A stretch of 64,000 nt of DNA from an uncultured Chloroflexia bacterium (GTDB lineage: Bacteria; Chloroflexota; Limnocylindria; Limnocylindrales; CSP1-4): positions 14-64,013 of the forward strand of contig CAVOVX010000007.1 in assembly GCA_963699965.1 (NCBI GenBank), written 5' to 3'. The translations under genes were made by a program, and so were the position numbers. The notes beneath the pieces were generated by a model. It ran no database searches. It was not told the DNA's origin and saw only the letters and a program-made list of their open reading frames with translations. Shown one piece after another: positions 27,013 to 37,097 of the stretch. How positions within the stretch are numbered: position 1 is the first letter of the stretch; each line of letters starts with the position of its first letter.

Positions 27013-29588
27013 TCACCGGTCCAATCCACTGCGGCGACGGCGGAACGTCTCGAGGCTGGCGTCGAAGAAGCGCACCATCCGGGCGCGATCGGCCGGCTCC
27101 TGCACGGCCGCCAGCTCGGCGACCCAGGTCCTGGCGCCGGCGATGACCTGCTCGACCACGTCGCCTCCGCCGCCGGCGCGACGAGCGGCCGATCCTCGAC
27201 CTCGACGTAGACCGGCGACGTATGGGCCGCCATCGACGTCGCGAAGGCAGACCGGATCTCGGCCGGCTTCGCGACCGGGCGGCGATCCAGGCGCCGGCCG
27301 CGATCTCGACGGTCTCGTGGAGCGTCAGCTCGGCGGCGTCGGGCGAGCTCGTGGCCGCGACGACCCGCCCGTTGACGACCAGCTCCAGGTCGCTGAGCAC
27401 GGCCTGGGCGGCCCGCGCCCGGGCCACGACCTCGAGCCGGCCGCTCGATCGCAGCCGGATCACGTCGCCTGGCTCGTGGCCCTCGACCGTCAGCTCGAGG
27501 ATCGGACCCGAGGTGACGAAGGTCCGACCCGCTCGGACGGCCGACGCCCACGATTCGAACGTGAGCGGGCCGTCAATCTGAAGGTGACCGTAGGTGCGGA
27601 CCGCCCCGATCGGGACCTCGGCCGACATCTTGTCGGTCCCGGCCACCACCGGGAGCCGGTAGCCGAGGTTGAGGAAGCGGTACCACTCGAGCACGGACGG
27701 GTCGTCGAGCCCGGGCGCCAGCGCCTGCGTCTCGATCGCGTCGATCTTGCCGGCGACGATGTCGGCGGCGATCTCCGCGTAGGGCAGCGGGAAGTGGGCC
27801 GCGACGACGAGCCCCCCGGCCGCCCGGCAGCGATCCGCCCAGTCGGCCAGCAGGACGCCCAGGGCGCCGCCCAGCCGGCCCTCGGGCGGACCGCGCTGGC
27901 GAACGGGATCACCGGCCGGTGAGCGCCGAGCAGGGCCAGGTGGCCGAGCATGTTCTGGCGGTTCTCGGTCCCGACGACCACCATCCGGCGACCCGATGGG
28001 TCGGCCATCGAGCCCCACGGCAGGTCGGTCACGTTCGTGTACAGGTCGCCCCACTGGGCGGCGAGCAGGTTCACGAGGTCGACGTCCTCGGCCGCCGCCT
28101 GGAGGAGGGCGGTCGAGGGCGCCAGGAAGTGGACGTGGCTGTCGGCGGTGACCCAGCGCCCGCCGTGCAGGTCGATCGTCCGGTCGAGCGGGAGCTCGAG
28201 GTGGCCGGTCGACCGGTCGACCTCGATCCTGCTGCGATGCGGTGCCCGGTCGAACCCGCCGACGACCTCGACCTCGACCGCGCCGACCGGCAGCTCGATC
28301 GCGAACCGGCCCGGGACGTAGGCATAGGCCGACGATCCCAGGATGAGATCGCCACCGGTGTCCTCGTAGAACCCCGGGTTGACCTCGTCGCGATGGCCGA
28401 CCGGCGGCAGGTAGCGACCGTCGGCGGCGGTGAACCGGACCCGGCCGGGCACGCGTTCGCCGGTCGTGCCGTCCACGATCTCCACCTCGACCGGCACCCG
28501 CGCCGGCCGGAGGACCTCGATCGATCGCCGGCGGCCGGGGTCGTACAGCGGCGCTCCCGCCAGGAGGTCCGGCCCGGGGACGTCCCAATCGTCCAGGGTC
28601 AAGATCGCGTCGGGTGACAGCGCGAGGTCGACGAGGCTGGATCCGGGTCTCGCCGCCTCTGGATCGGCACGGGCCGTTCCCCATCCGACGATCTCCCCGC
28701 CTGGCTCGCCGGCCGGCAACGGCGCCGGGGCGGGCAGGGTACGGATGATCGTGCCGAGGTCGACATCCGGCGGACGCCCGTCGAGGCCGCCGATCCGGAC
28801 CTGGAGCCGCGGACCACGGGCGAGCGGGTTGGCGGATCCGCGGAACAGGGTCACCGCCGCCACGATCAGGTCGCTCCCCGGCCGGCCGCCGGCCAGTGGT
28901 TCAAGCCGGAGGGCGACCGGTTCGGAACCGGCGTCGAGCTCGATCGCGTGGAGCCACAGCAGGGCATCGTCGGTTGGGCTCGGGACGTAGTCGGACATGC
29001 CCACCTGGTTTCCGCCGTACGTTCCCGGCATGATGGTCAGGGACCCGGACTGACCGGTCGCGGCGTAGCGGCCGGGTCCCTGGGCGGCATGCGGCCCGCG
29101 CCAGTCGAGGATCTCGTTCTCCAGGTGCGGGATCGCGGCAAACGCGCCCGAGCCCCAGCCGAGGATGCCGTCGTTGACCTCGAACCGGCGCCGGATGATC
29201 CGGCTCGTCGTCCGTCCCGTCCGGTCGACGATCGTGTAGCGGGCGAGCGGCTCGCCGACCGGGACGACGTGCCCGACCGCCAGCCCGGCCGGTCTCGCTC
29301 CCAGCATCGTCCCGCCACGCATCGCACAGGTGGGCCACGACGACGTGGCTGGCGGCCCGCCAGCCGGCAGGTCGACGGCTGTCGTCTCCGTCGAGGAGGA
29401 TCCAGCGCTCGGCGTCCGGCGTCCGGTCCGAGCTCGAACGGCAGGCCGTGGAAGACGCGGCGCCCGGCTGGCAGGCGAGCCAGCGCCGGCCCGTACTGGG
29501 CGTGGAACCGGGCAGCGACCTGCCGCTCGGTTGCGTTCCGAACGGGACCGAGATCGACCGTCCTGGCGAGCGGGCTCGCGCGTCCCAT
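27013..29588 (-). pseudogene. Large (about 858 aa) uncharacterised protein, paralog 2, same architecture as 12218-14823; at least 5 frame breaks
   Basis: MGRASPLARTVDLGPVRNATERQV..RLPAGRRVFHGLPFELG / ERWILLDGDD..VVAHLCDAWRDDAG / ...RVRFTAADGRYLPPVGHRDEVNPG..ADSHVHFLAPSTALLQAAAED..GTENRQNMLGHLALLG / VVAAHFPLPYAEI..AGTDKMSAE / SMAAHTSPVYVEVEDRPL / VVEQVIAGARTWVAEL..FRRRRSGLDR stop at 27013. Confidence 0.7.
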
Positions 29589-29654
29589 CAGGCTCGCTTC
29601 GGGCGCTCGGAGCGAGCTCTGTATTGACGCGTCATGGGCCGGACGCTAGCATCG

Positions 29655-29668
29655 TACAAACGGTTGCA
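29655..29668. promoter_or_regulatory. LacI-type operator site D: TACAAACGGTTGCA, in the 95-bp divergent region
   Basis: 12 nt upstream of GTG 29681 / ATG 29684 (RBS AAGAGGG) and 66 nt upstream of the divergent large gene start (29588). TAGCAT at 29647-29652 is a possible -10. Confidence 0.6.
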
Positions 29669-29683
29669 CAAGAGGGTGCCGTG

Positions 29684-30928
29684 ATGCTCGCCTCCTGTCC
29701 GACGTCCCCGTCCGACGAGACGGGGACGCGGCGACGCGTCGGTCTCGATCAGCGCGATCCGGCTACCGCGGAGAACGGCTGGCGGTGGCCCTGGCCAGCC
29801 GGCCGACGGCGTGTGCGAGCGGCTCGACAGGGCTCGGACTTGGCTGAGTCGACACCCGCCATCGAGTTGCGCCACGTCACGAAACGCTACGGCGATACGG
29901 TGGCCCTCGACGACGTGTCGATGGACATCGAGCCCGGCGAGTTCTTCTGCCTCCTCGGGCCGTCCGGCTGCGGCAAGACGACGACCCTCAACCTCATCGG
30001 CGGGTTCATCCCGATGTCATCGGGCGAGCTGCGGATCGAGGGCCGGAAGGTCAACGACCTGCCGCCCCACAGGCGCAACGTCAACACCGTCTTCCAGAAC
30101 TACGCCCTGTTCCCCCACATGACGGTCGCCCAGAACGTCGCGTTCGGGTTGCGCATGGAGAAGCTGCCGACCGCGGAGATCGCCGTCGGACCGGCGAGTA
30201 CCTCGACCTCGTCGGGCTCGGCGGCTTCAACCGGCGGATGCCGTCCGAGATGTCCGGCGGCCAGCAGCAGCGCGTCGCGCTGGCCCGCGCCCTGGCCAAG
30301 CGTCCGGCCGTGCTGCTGCTCGACGAGCCGCTCGGTGCGCTCGACCTCAAGCTCCGCAAGCAGATGCAGACGGAGCTGTCGCGGATCCATCGCCAGGTGG
30401 GCACGACGTTCGTGTTCGTGACCCACGACCAGGAGGAGGCCCTCTCGATGGCGACCCGCATCGCGATCATGTCGGGCGGCAACGTCAGCCAGACCGGCAC
30501 CCCGCGCGAGGTCTACGATCATCCGGTCGACCGGTTCGTGGCCAGACTTCGTGGGCGAGACGAATTTCGTCTCGGGCGCGGTCACGACGGAGGACGGCCG
30601 GCGGATCTTCGCGATCCCGGGACGAGGCCGGGTCGGCGGCCCCGACCGGCTCGCCCGATGGGCCGGCGACGATCATGGTCCGGCCCGAGTACGTCGTGCT
30701 GCGACCGGCCGGCGGACCCGACCCGGAGCCGGGGATCCCCGGCCGGATCGCCAACGTCGCCTTCCTCGGCGACCACACTCGGATCACCCTGACGACGGAT
30801 GCCGGCGACATCGTTGCGGTCCGTCCCCACGGCACGAATGGTCGAATCGACTCACCTGGAGGAGGAGCATGGGGGAGGAGGTGTGCGTATGGTGGCCCGC
30901 GGACGACGCCGCATTGATCGACGACTGA
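29684..30928 (+). pseudogene. ABC transporter ATP-binding protein, PotA (spermidine/putrescine) type, at least 4 frame breaks. The true start could be TTG near 29841.
   Basis: [70 protein letters not shown] / [44 protein letters not shown] / [10 protein letters not shown] / [23 protein letters not shown]. Confidence 0.75.
29703..29728 (+). other. Perfect 10-bp stem / 6-nt loop hairpin CGTCCCCGTC-CGACGA-GACGGGGACG, in the transporter leader or in an N-terminal extension
   Basis: Read directly. It is followed by the self-complementary CGACGCGTCG (29733-29742). Confidence 0.3.
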
Positions 30929-30964
30929 CGCAGGTCCGACACGCGGACGATGGAAGGGACTGGA

Positions 30965-32160
30965 ATGACTGATCCGACGCGCGATATCAGCCGACGGGAC
31001 TTCCTCAGAGTGGTGGGAGCGGCCGGGGCAGTCGGTCGGGCTCGGCGGCATCGTCGCCGCCTGCTCGACGGCGGCCAGCAGCTCGGCACCTGCGGCCCCC
31101 AGCGCTGCGGCGGCTTCGGCCGCGGCGACCAGCGCCGCCGCCTCCCCGTCGGCGGCACGCAGCAGCGCCGACCGGCACGTTCAACTGGATGACCTGGGGC
31201 GACCACTGGTACCAGGCCCAGGTCGACGACATCGCCAGCCGCGAACAACATCAAGGTCAACAGCACGCTCTTCAGCGACAACATCGACGCGCTACACGAA
31301 GCTCAAGGAGGTCGGCGGGCAGCTCGACATGGTGTCGGGCGATGCGCTGTGGGTGCCCCACTACTTCGAGTCTGGGCTGATCGAGGCCTGGGACATCAAC
31401 TCGCTGGCGGTCGCCAAGCAGCTCTACTCGATCGCCCGGTCGTTCCCGATCTGGACGAAGCCGGAGGGCTACCTCGGCTACCCGTTCGGCTGGTCGCCCG
31501 TCCAGGTCTACTACGACCCGGCCAAGGTCTCGCCGGCGCCCGATTCCTGGGAGGTCCTCCTCGACCCGAAGTACAAGAAGCGGGTCGTCGTCGAGGACCA
31601 GCCGGTCGAGATCATGGCCTACATGGGCAAGCTCACCGGAGCGAAGAACGCCTACAGCATGACCCCCGAGGAGATCGCCAAGGCCAAGGAAGCCGCTCAA
31701 GCAGCTCAAGCCGAACGTCCTCACGCTGGCCAACCAGGCCACCGACACCATCGCCATGCTCAAGACCGGGGAGGCCTGGATCGCCACCGGCAACCTCGGC
31801 ACGGAGGCGCGGGTCAAGGACCAGGGCGGCCCGGACCTCAAGGTCTTCACCCCCAAGGAGGGGACCATCGGCTGGATGGACTCCGAGATGATCGTCAAGG
31901 GCGGCGCCAACAAGAAGCTCATCATGCCGTTCCTCGAGCTGGCCGAGCAGGCCGAGTACATCGCCGCCAACTTCCTGCTCAACGGCCGGCCGCTGTTCAA
32001 CGAGGCGGCCTACAAGATCCTGGTCAACCAGGGCCAGCAGGAACGAGCCGACCGGTTCCTGTACAACAAGCCCGAGACGGTCCAGACGATGGACCTCAAG
32101 GGCCCGGGCACCTCGACCCAGGCCGTCGATCGACGCCTTCAACGAGGTGTTCGGCGCTAG
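30965..32160 (+). pseudogene. ABC transporter substrate-binding lipoprotein, PotD/PotF (polyamine) type, with Tat signal; at least 4 frame breaks
   Basis: MTDPTRDISRRDFLRVVGAAGAVG / GGIVAACSTAAS (lipobox) / MTWGDHWYQAQVDDIA / YTKLKEVGGQLDMVSGDALWVPHYFESGLIEAWD...GYPFGWSPVQVYYD / IAMLKTGEAWIATGNLG..GTIGWMDSEMIVKGGANKK. Confidence 0.7.
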
Positions 32161-32186
32161 CCGATCGGCCGGGATCGGACTCAGGC

Positions 32187-33115
32187 ATGACGACCGAGAT
32201 CCGCCGGCGGGGCCGATGAGGCTCCGCTCGCCGGGATCGCGCGTCGGGGCTCGGCGCGCGACTGGGTCGGGCCGCTCCGTTCCTGCCGGGCCTCGCTCAT
32301 GCTGGTCGTCCTGTTCCTCGTCCCGATGGCGATCATGTTCGTCTTCAGCTTCTGGCGGACGAACGACGAACTTCGACGTCGTCCGCGACGTGGAACCTCG
32401 ACAACTACGTCAGGTTCTTCAACCAGCCCGACCTACGTCCGGACGTTCCTCAAGACGCTGGTCATGGGCGGCGCTGGTGACCGCTCGCCGGCCTGGCGCA
32501 TCGCGCTCGCCGTTCACCTACTTCCTCGTCCGCTACGTCAGCCGGCGCTGGCAGCGCGTCGTCCTGCTGGCGGTCATCGTCCCGTTCTGGACGAGCTACC
32601 TGCTGCGGGTCTACGCGTGGCAGGCGATCCTCGGTGAGACGGGCGCGCTCAACCAGTCCTCATGGGCCTCGGCCTCATCGAGGAGCCGTCGACGCTGTTC
32701 GTCTACAACGACGTCGGGGTCTTCATCGTGCTCGTGTACGTCTACTTCCCGTTCGCGGCGCTGGCCCTCTACGCGGCGCTCGAGAAGTTCGACTTCACCC
32801 AGCTCAACGCCGCCCAGGACCTGGGCGCGCGACCCGGACCAGGCGTTCCGGCACATCCTGCTGCCGCAGATCCGGACCGGGATCATCACCGCCTGCATCT
32901 TCGTGTTCATCCCGATCCTCGGCGAGTTCCTGACGCCCGACCCTGGTCGGCGGGGCCCAGGGCATCCTGATCGCGAACCTCATCGTCAACTTCTTCCGAC
33001 AGGCGCCAGATCCCGAGGGCGCCGCCCTGGCGATCGTCATCGCCGCGTTCGTCACGATCGTGCTCATCGTCTTCCGGCGATCCTGCGGGTCGAGGACGTG
33101 GTGGCCCGTGGCTAG
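32187..33115 (+). pseudogene. ABC transporter permease (PotB-like), at least 5 frame breaks
   Basis: MLVVLFLVPMAIMFVFSFW / NYVRFF / YVRTFLKTLVM / FLVRYVSRRWQRVVLLAVIVPFWTSYLLRVYAWQAILGETGALN / MGLGLIEEPSTLFVYNDVGVFIVLVYVYFPFAALALYAALEKFDFTQLNAAQDLGA / AFRHILLPQIRTGIITACIFVFIPILGEFLTP. Confidence 0.65.
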
Positions 33116-33138
33116 GCGGATCGAGCCCGCTCGAGACG

Positions 33139-33965
33139 ATGCCGGTCAGCCCGTACGCGCGGCTGACGCGCGGCCTGCTCGCGGTCCTGGCCGGCGCGAT
33201 CCTGGCGTTCCTCTACCTGCCGATCGCGTTCCTCATCCTGTTCTCGTTCGAGAAGGCGGACACGCCGGGCTTCCCGATCACCGGCCTGACCCTGCACTGG
33301 TACGAGGTGATGCTCGCCGACAGCGCCGATCCACTCGGCGCTGCTCAACTCGGTGCGCGGTGGCGATCGTCGTGGCGATCCTGGCGACGGTCATCGGGAC
33401 GATGGCCGCGTTCGCCGCTCGTGCGCGGCGGCATCCGCTTCGCCGGCACCGGCCCGGCTCGCTGTTCACCCTGCCGATCATGATCCCGGGCGTGCTGCAT
33501 CGGGATCGGCCTGCTGATCTTCTTCCGACGCGCGCTGGGGCTCCCGCTCGGGCTGCACACGGTCGTCGCCGGCCACCTCGTGTTCACGACGCCGTTCGTC
33601 GTGCTCATCGTGGCGGCCCGGCTGCAGGGCTTCGACCGACGCCTCGAGTGGGCGGCCGCCGACCTCGGGGCGAGACCGGGCCAGACCCTCCGCCACATCG
33701 TCCTGCCGCTCATCGCGCCGGCGATCATCGCCGGCGCGCTGCTCAGCGTGACCCTCTCGATCGACGAGTTCGTCATCACCTTCTTCACGATCGGGCCGCA
33801 GCTGACCCTGCCGCATCTACATCTACACGCAGATCAAGTTCGGGGTCACCCCCGAGGTCAACGCGGTGGCGACGGTCATCCTCGTCGCCACGCTCGGCGG
33901 CGTTCGCCATCGGCACGCTCCTGCTGAGCGGCGGGCGTCGCTTCCGCCGACAAGGGTCGGGATGA
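33139..33965 (+). pseudogene. ABC transporter permease (PotC-like), at least 4 frame breaks
   Basis: LAVLAGAILAFLYLPIAFLILFSFEKADTPGFPITGLTLHWYEVML / LNSVRVAIVVAILATVIGTMAAFA / FTLPIMIPGV / VVAGHLVFTTPFVVLIVAARLQGFDRRLEWAAADLGARPGQTLRHIVLPLIAPAIIAGALLSVTLSIDEFVITFFTIGP. Confidence 0.65.
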
Positions 33966-34017
33966 GTCCGATCGACGGGCCGGCTGCCGGTCGGCGCCGG
34001 CCGGATCGGTCCGGATC

Positions 34018-35052
34018 GTGACCGCGCCGACCGGAACGCCGCTAGTCCGTGGCGGGTTGCTCGGGCCGCGGCCGGATCCGAGCGAGCCGATCCGGATCGG
34101 TTTCCAGATCTGGGAACAGGCCGTCGCCTGGCCCGAACTGATGGCGGCCGGCGAGCGAATCGAGGCACTAGGGTTCGCCAGCCTGTTCGCCAACGATCAC
34201 TTCATGCCGATCCTGGGCGATGCTGACGGCCCGGTCGTCGGATCCGCCGGCTCCGTCTTCGAGGGCTGGCTGACGCTCGCGGCCTGGGCCGCTCGCACGA
34301 CCCGGGTGCCGCTCGGGATCCTGGTCTAGCTCGGTCAGCTACCGCAACGTCGGGCTGACGGTCAAGATGGCGACTACGCTCGATCACGCCAGCAACGGCC
34401 GGGCGATGCTCGGCCTGGGCGCCGGCTGGCACGCGCCCGAGCACTGGGCGTTCGGCTACGACCTGCTCTCGTTGGGCGATCGGGTGAGCCGCTTCGACGA
34501 GGCCAGCCGGGTCGCCCGGGGCCTGCTCGATGGCGAGTCGGTGACGTTCGATGGGCGCTGGGTTCGCGCTGCCGGCATGCGCAACGACCCCCGCCGGTCC
34601 AGGCGCGGATGCCGTTGCTGATCGGCGGCGAGCGGCGAGACGACGGACGCTGCGGATCGTCGCCCGCGACGCCGACATCTGGAACGGCGAGGGCGACCCG
34701 GCGACGTACGCTCACAAGTCCGCGCGTGCTGGACCGGCACTGCGCCGAGCTCGGTCGCGACCCGCTCGCGATCCGGCGGACCGTCGGCGTGCCACCGGTC
34801 TGCATCCGGGCGACGCGCGAGGCGGCCGTGGACGCGCTGGCGGCGACCTTCGAGCGCAACGGGAGCAGTCCCGCCGCCGCGCGCGCCTGGGCGGCGAGCT
34901 CCCCGCTCGCCGACTCGCGGGACGCCGTGGTGCGGCTGTTCCGCGCCTGGCACGCGGCCGGTGCCGAGGAGGCGATCATCGACCAGCCGTCGCCGCTCGA
35001 CGACGAGACGATCGAGCTCCTGGCCGGCTCCGTTCGAGAGCGTCTCGGGTGA
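34018..35052 (+). pseudogene. LLM-class F420-dependent oxidoreductase, at least 3 frame breaks
   Basis: IRIGFQIWEQAVAWPELMAAGERIEALGFASLFANDHFMP..EGWLTLAAWAARTTRVPLGILV / VSYRNVGLTVKMATTLDHASNGRAMLGLGAGWHAPEHWAFGY / MPLLIGG / ..LDRHCAELGRDPLAIRRTVG. Confidence 0.65.
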
Positions 35053-35081
35053 TGGCCGTGTCGAACTGGAGGTCCTGACCG

Positions 35082-36085
35082 ATGCGCGCCGCAGTCTACG
35101 AGGGCGAGGGCCGGCTCGTCGTGCGCGACGTGCCCGATCCGACGCCGGGTCCCGACGAGGTGCTGATCGAGGTCGAGGCGTGCGGCGTGTGCGGCTCGGA
35201 CGTCCAGATCATCAACGTCCCGCCGGGCCACCCATCGACCCCGCCCGTCATCATCGGCCACGAGTTCGTCGGCTGGGTCCGGGCGGCCGGATCGGCCGTC
35301 CGTGACGCCCCGATCGGGGCGCGGGTCGTCGTCGATCCCGATCCGAAGTGCGGCGCCTGCGAACCGTGCCGCGCGGGTCGACCGGCGAACTGCACGAACA
35401 TCGTGGCCCTCGGCGTCTATCGCGACGGGGCGCTGGCCGCGCTACGTTACCGCCCCGGCCAACAGCGTGTACGCCATCTCGCCCGAGGTTCCCACCGAGC
35501 TGGCGGCCCTGGTCGAGCCGCTGTCGTGCGTCGTCAACGGGACGAACCGGGCGGCGATCCGGCCGGGCGAATCGGCGGTCGTGTTCGGAGCGGGAGCCAT
35601 CGGCTGCCTGTTCAGTGCGGTGTTCCGCGCGGCCGGCGCGGGGCGGATCGTCGCCGTCGAGCCGAGCGCCCAGCGCGCCCCGGTCGCCCTGGCCGTCGGG
35701 GCCGACTACGTCCTGACGCCCGACGAGTGGACGGCCCGCCGCGCCGAGCTCCTGCCGAGCGGAGCGGACGTCGTGGTCGACGCGGTCGGCAGCGTCCTGC
35801 CCGACGCGATCTCGGCCGCCGGCATGGGCGCCCGGGTCGTGGTCTTCGGGATGAACGGGACGGCCCGCCCGCAGGTCCACCAGGTCGAGATCGTCGAGAA
35901 GGGTCTGACGATCCTCGGCTCGTACATCTCGAACTTCACGTTCCCCGCCGCGATCCGACTCGTCGAGAGCGGCAAGCTCGAACCTCGCTCCGCTGATCAG
36001 CGCGACGATCCCGCTCGAGGACACCCTCGCCGGGATCGCCCGGATCCGATCGGGCGAGGCAGTCAAGATCGTCATCAAGCCGTAG
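35082..36085 (+). pseudogene. Zinc-dependent alcohol/polyol dehydrogenase (MDR family), 2 frame breaks
   Basis: GGAGG RBS. MRAAVYEGEGRLVVRDVPDPTPGPDEVLIEVEACGVCGSDV..IIGHEFVG..DPDPKCGACEPCRAGRPANC / EPLSCVVNG..AVVFGAGAIGCL..VVVDAVG / LAPLISATIPLEDTLAGIARIRSGEAVKIVIKP stop at 36083. Confidence 0.7.
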
Positions 36086-36107
36086 TCGCGTCCCTGGAGG
36101 AACCCCG

Positions 36108-37033
36108 ATGCCCCCGCCCTGCGGGTCGCCAGCGCCCCGGTCTCATTCGGTGTCGACGAGATCATGTTGGACGACGCCTGGATGCCGGCCCCGGACGACA
36201 TGCTCGACTGGATGGTCGACATCGGGTTCGAGGGCACCGAGCTCGGCACTCCCGGTTACCTCGGCGACGCGAGGCAGGTCAACGAGCGCCTGTCGTCGCG
36301 CGGCCTGGAGTTCGTCGGTTCGTTCATGCCCCAGCACTTCAGCCGCGCGGAGAAGGCCGACGAGGATCGCGCCTGGCTGCGCGACAACCTCCGCCTGATG
36401 AAGGAGGGCTCGCCGGCCGGCTCGCGGCCGTTCGCGATCCTGTCCGACCAGTTCGACGAACCCGACCGCCGGGCCTTCTCGGGGCGGATCCCGGACCATC
36501 CCGAGACGTGGCTGTCCGCGACTCGGTTCGACACGCTCATCGACAATCTCCACCGGGCGGCCGAGATCTGCCGGGCCGAGGGGCTCGAGCCGGTTCTCCA
36601 TCCCCACGCCGGGACCTACGTTGAGACGGCGGACGAGATCGCCCGGGTCATGGACCGGATCGACCCGTCGCTCATCGGCCTCTGCCTCGACACCGGCCAC
36701 TTCCGGTTCGGTGGCGCCGATCCGGCCACCTCCGTCCATGATTACCACGAGCTCGTTCGGCACGTCCACATCAAGGACTGTCGGACCTCGGTCATGGATG
36801 ACGTCAAGCGAGAGGGCAAGGGTCTCGACGAGGCGCTCCGCCGAGGCGTGTTCTGTCCCTTGGGCGAGGGCGACGCCGGGATTGACGCCGTCATCGAGGC
36901 GCTGCGAGCGCACGACTACACGGGCTGGCTCGTGATCGAGCAGGACCAGGCCCTTCGATCGTCGGATACGCCCCAATCGGTCATCGCCGGGCAGCGAGGC
37001 AATCGCGAGTACCTGCGCCGGCTCGGGATCTGA
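36108..37033 (+). CDS. Xylose isomerase-like TIM-barrel protein, IolE (inosose dehydratase)-like; one frame break directly after the ATG
   Basis: GGAGGAA RBS then ATG 36108, then LRVASAPVSFGVDEIMLDDAWMP...GFEGTELGTPGY...LHPHAGTYVET..GLCLDTGHFRFGG..HVHIKDC..GWLVIEQD. Confidence 0.7.
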
Positions 37034-37097
37034 CCGCGCTGGCCGGCGGCCGACGATCGGTTCGGCGGCCAACGGGTCAGCCCGTCGCGACCTGCGG

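Noticed and set aside
31040-31160. Repetitive GCG/GCC/TCG-rich stretch as a possible tandem repeat or CRISPR-like array
   Set aside because: It encodes the Ala/Ser/Pro-rich linker after the lipobox of the binding protein (AAPSAAAASAAATSAAAS). It is low-complexity coding sequence with no repeat-spacer structure. No CRISPR array was seen anywhere in the window.
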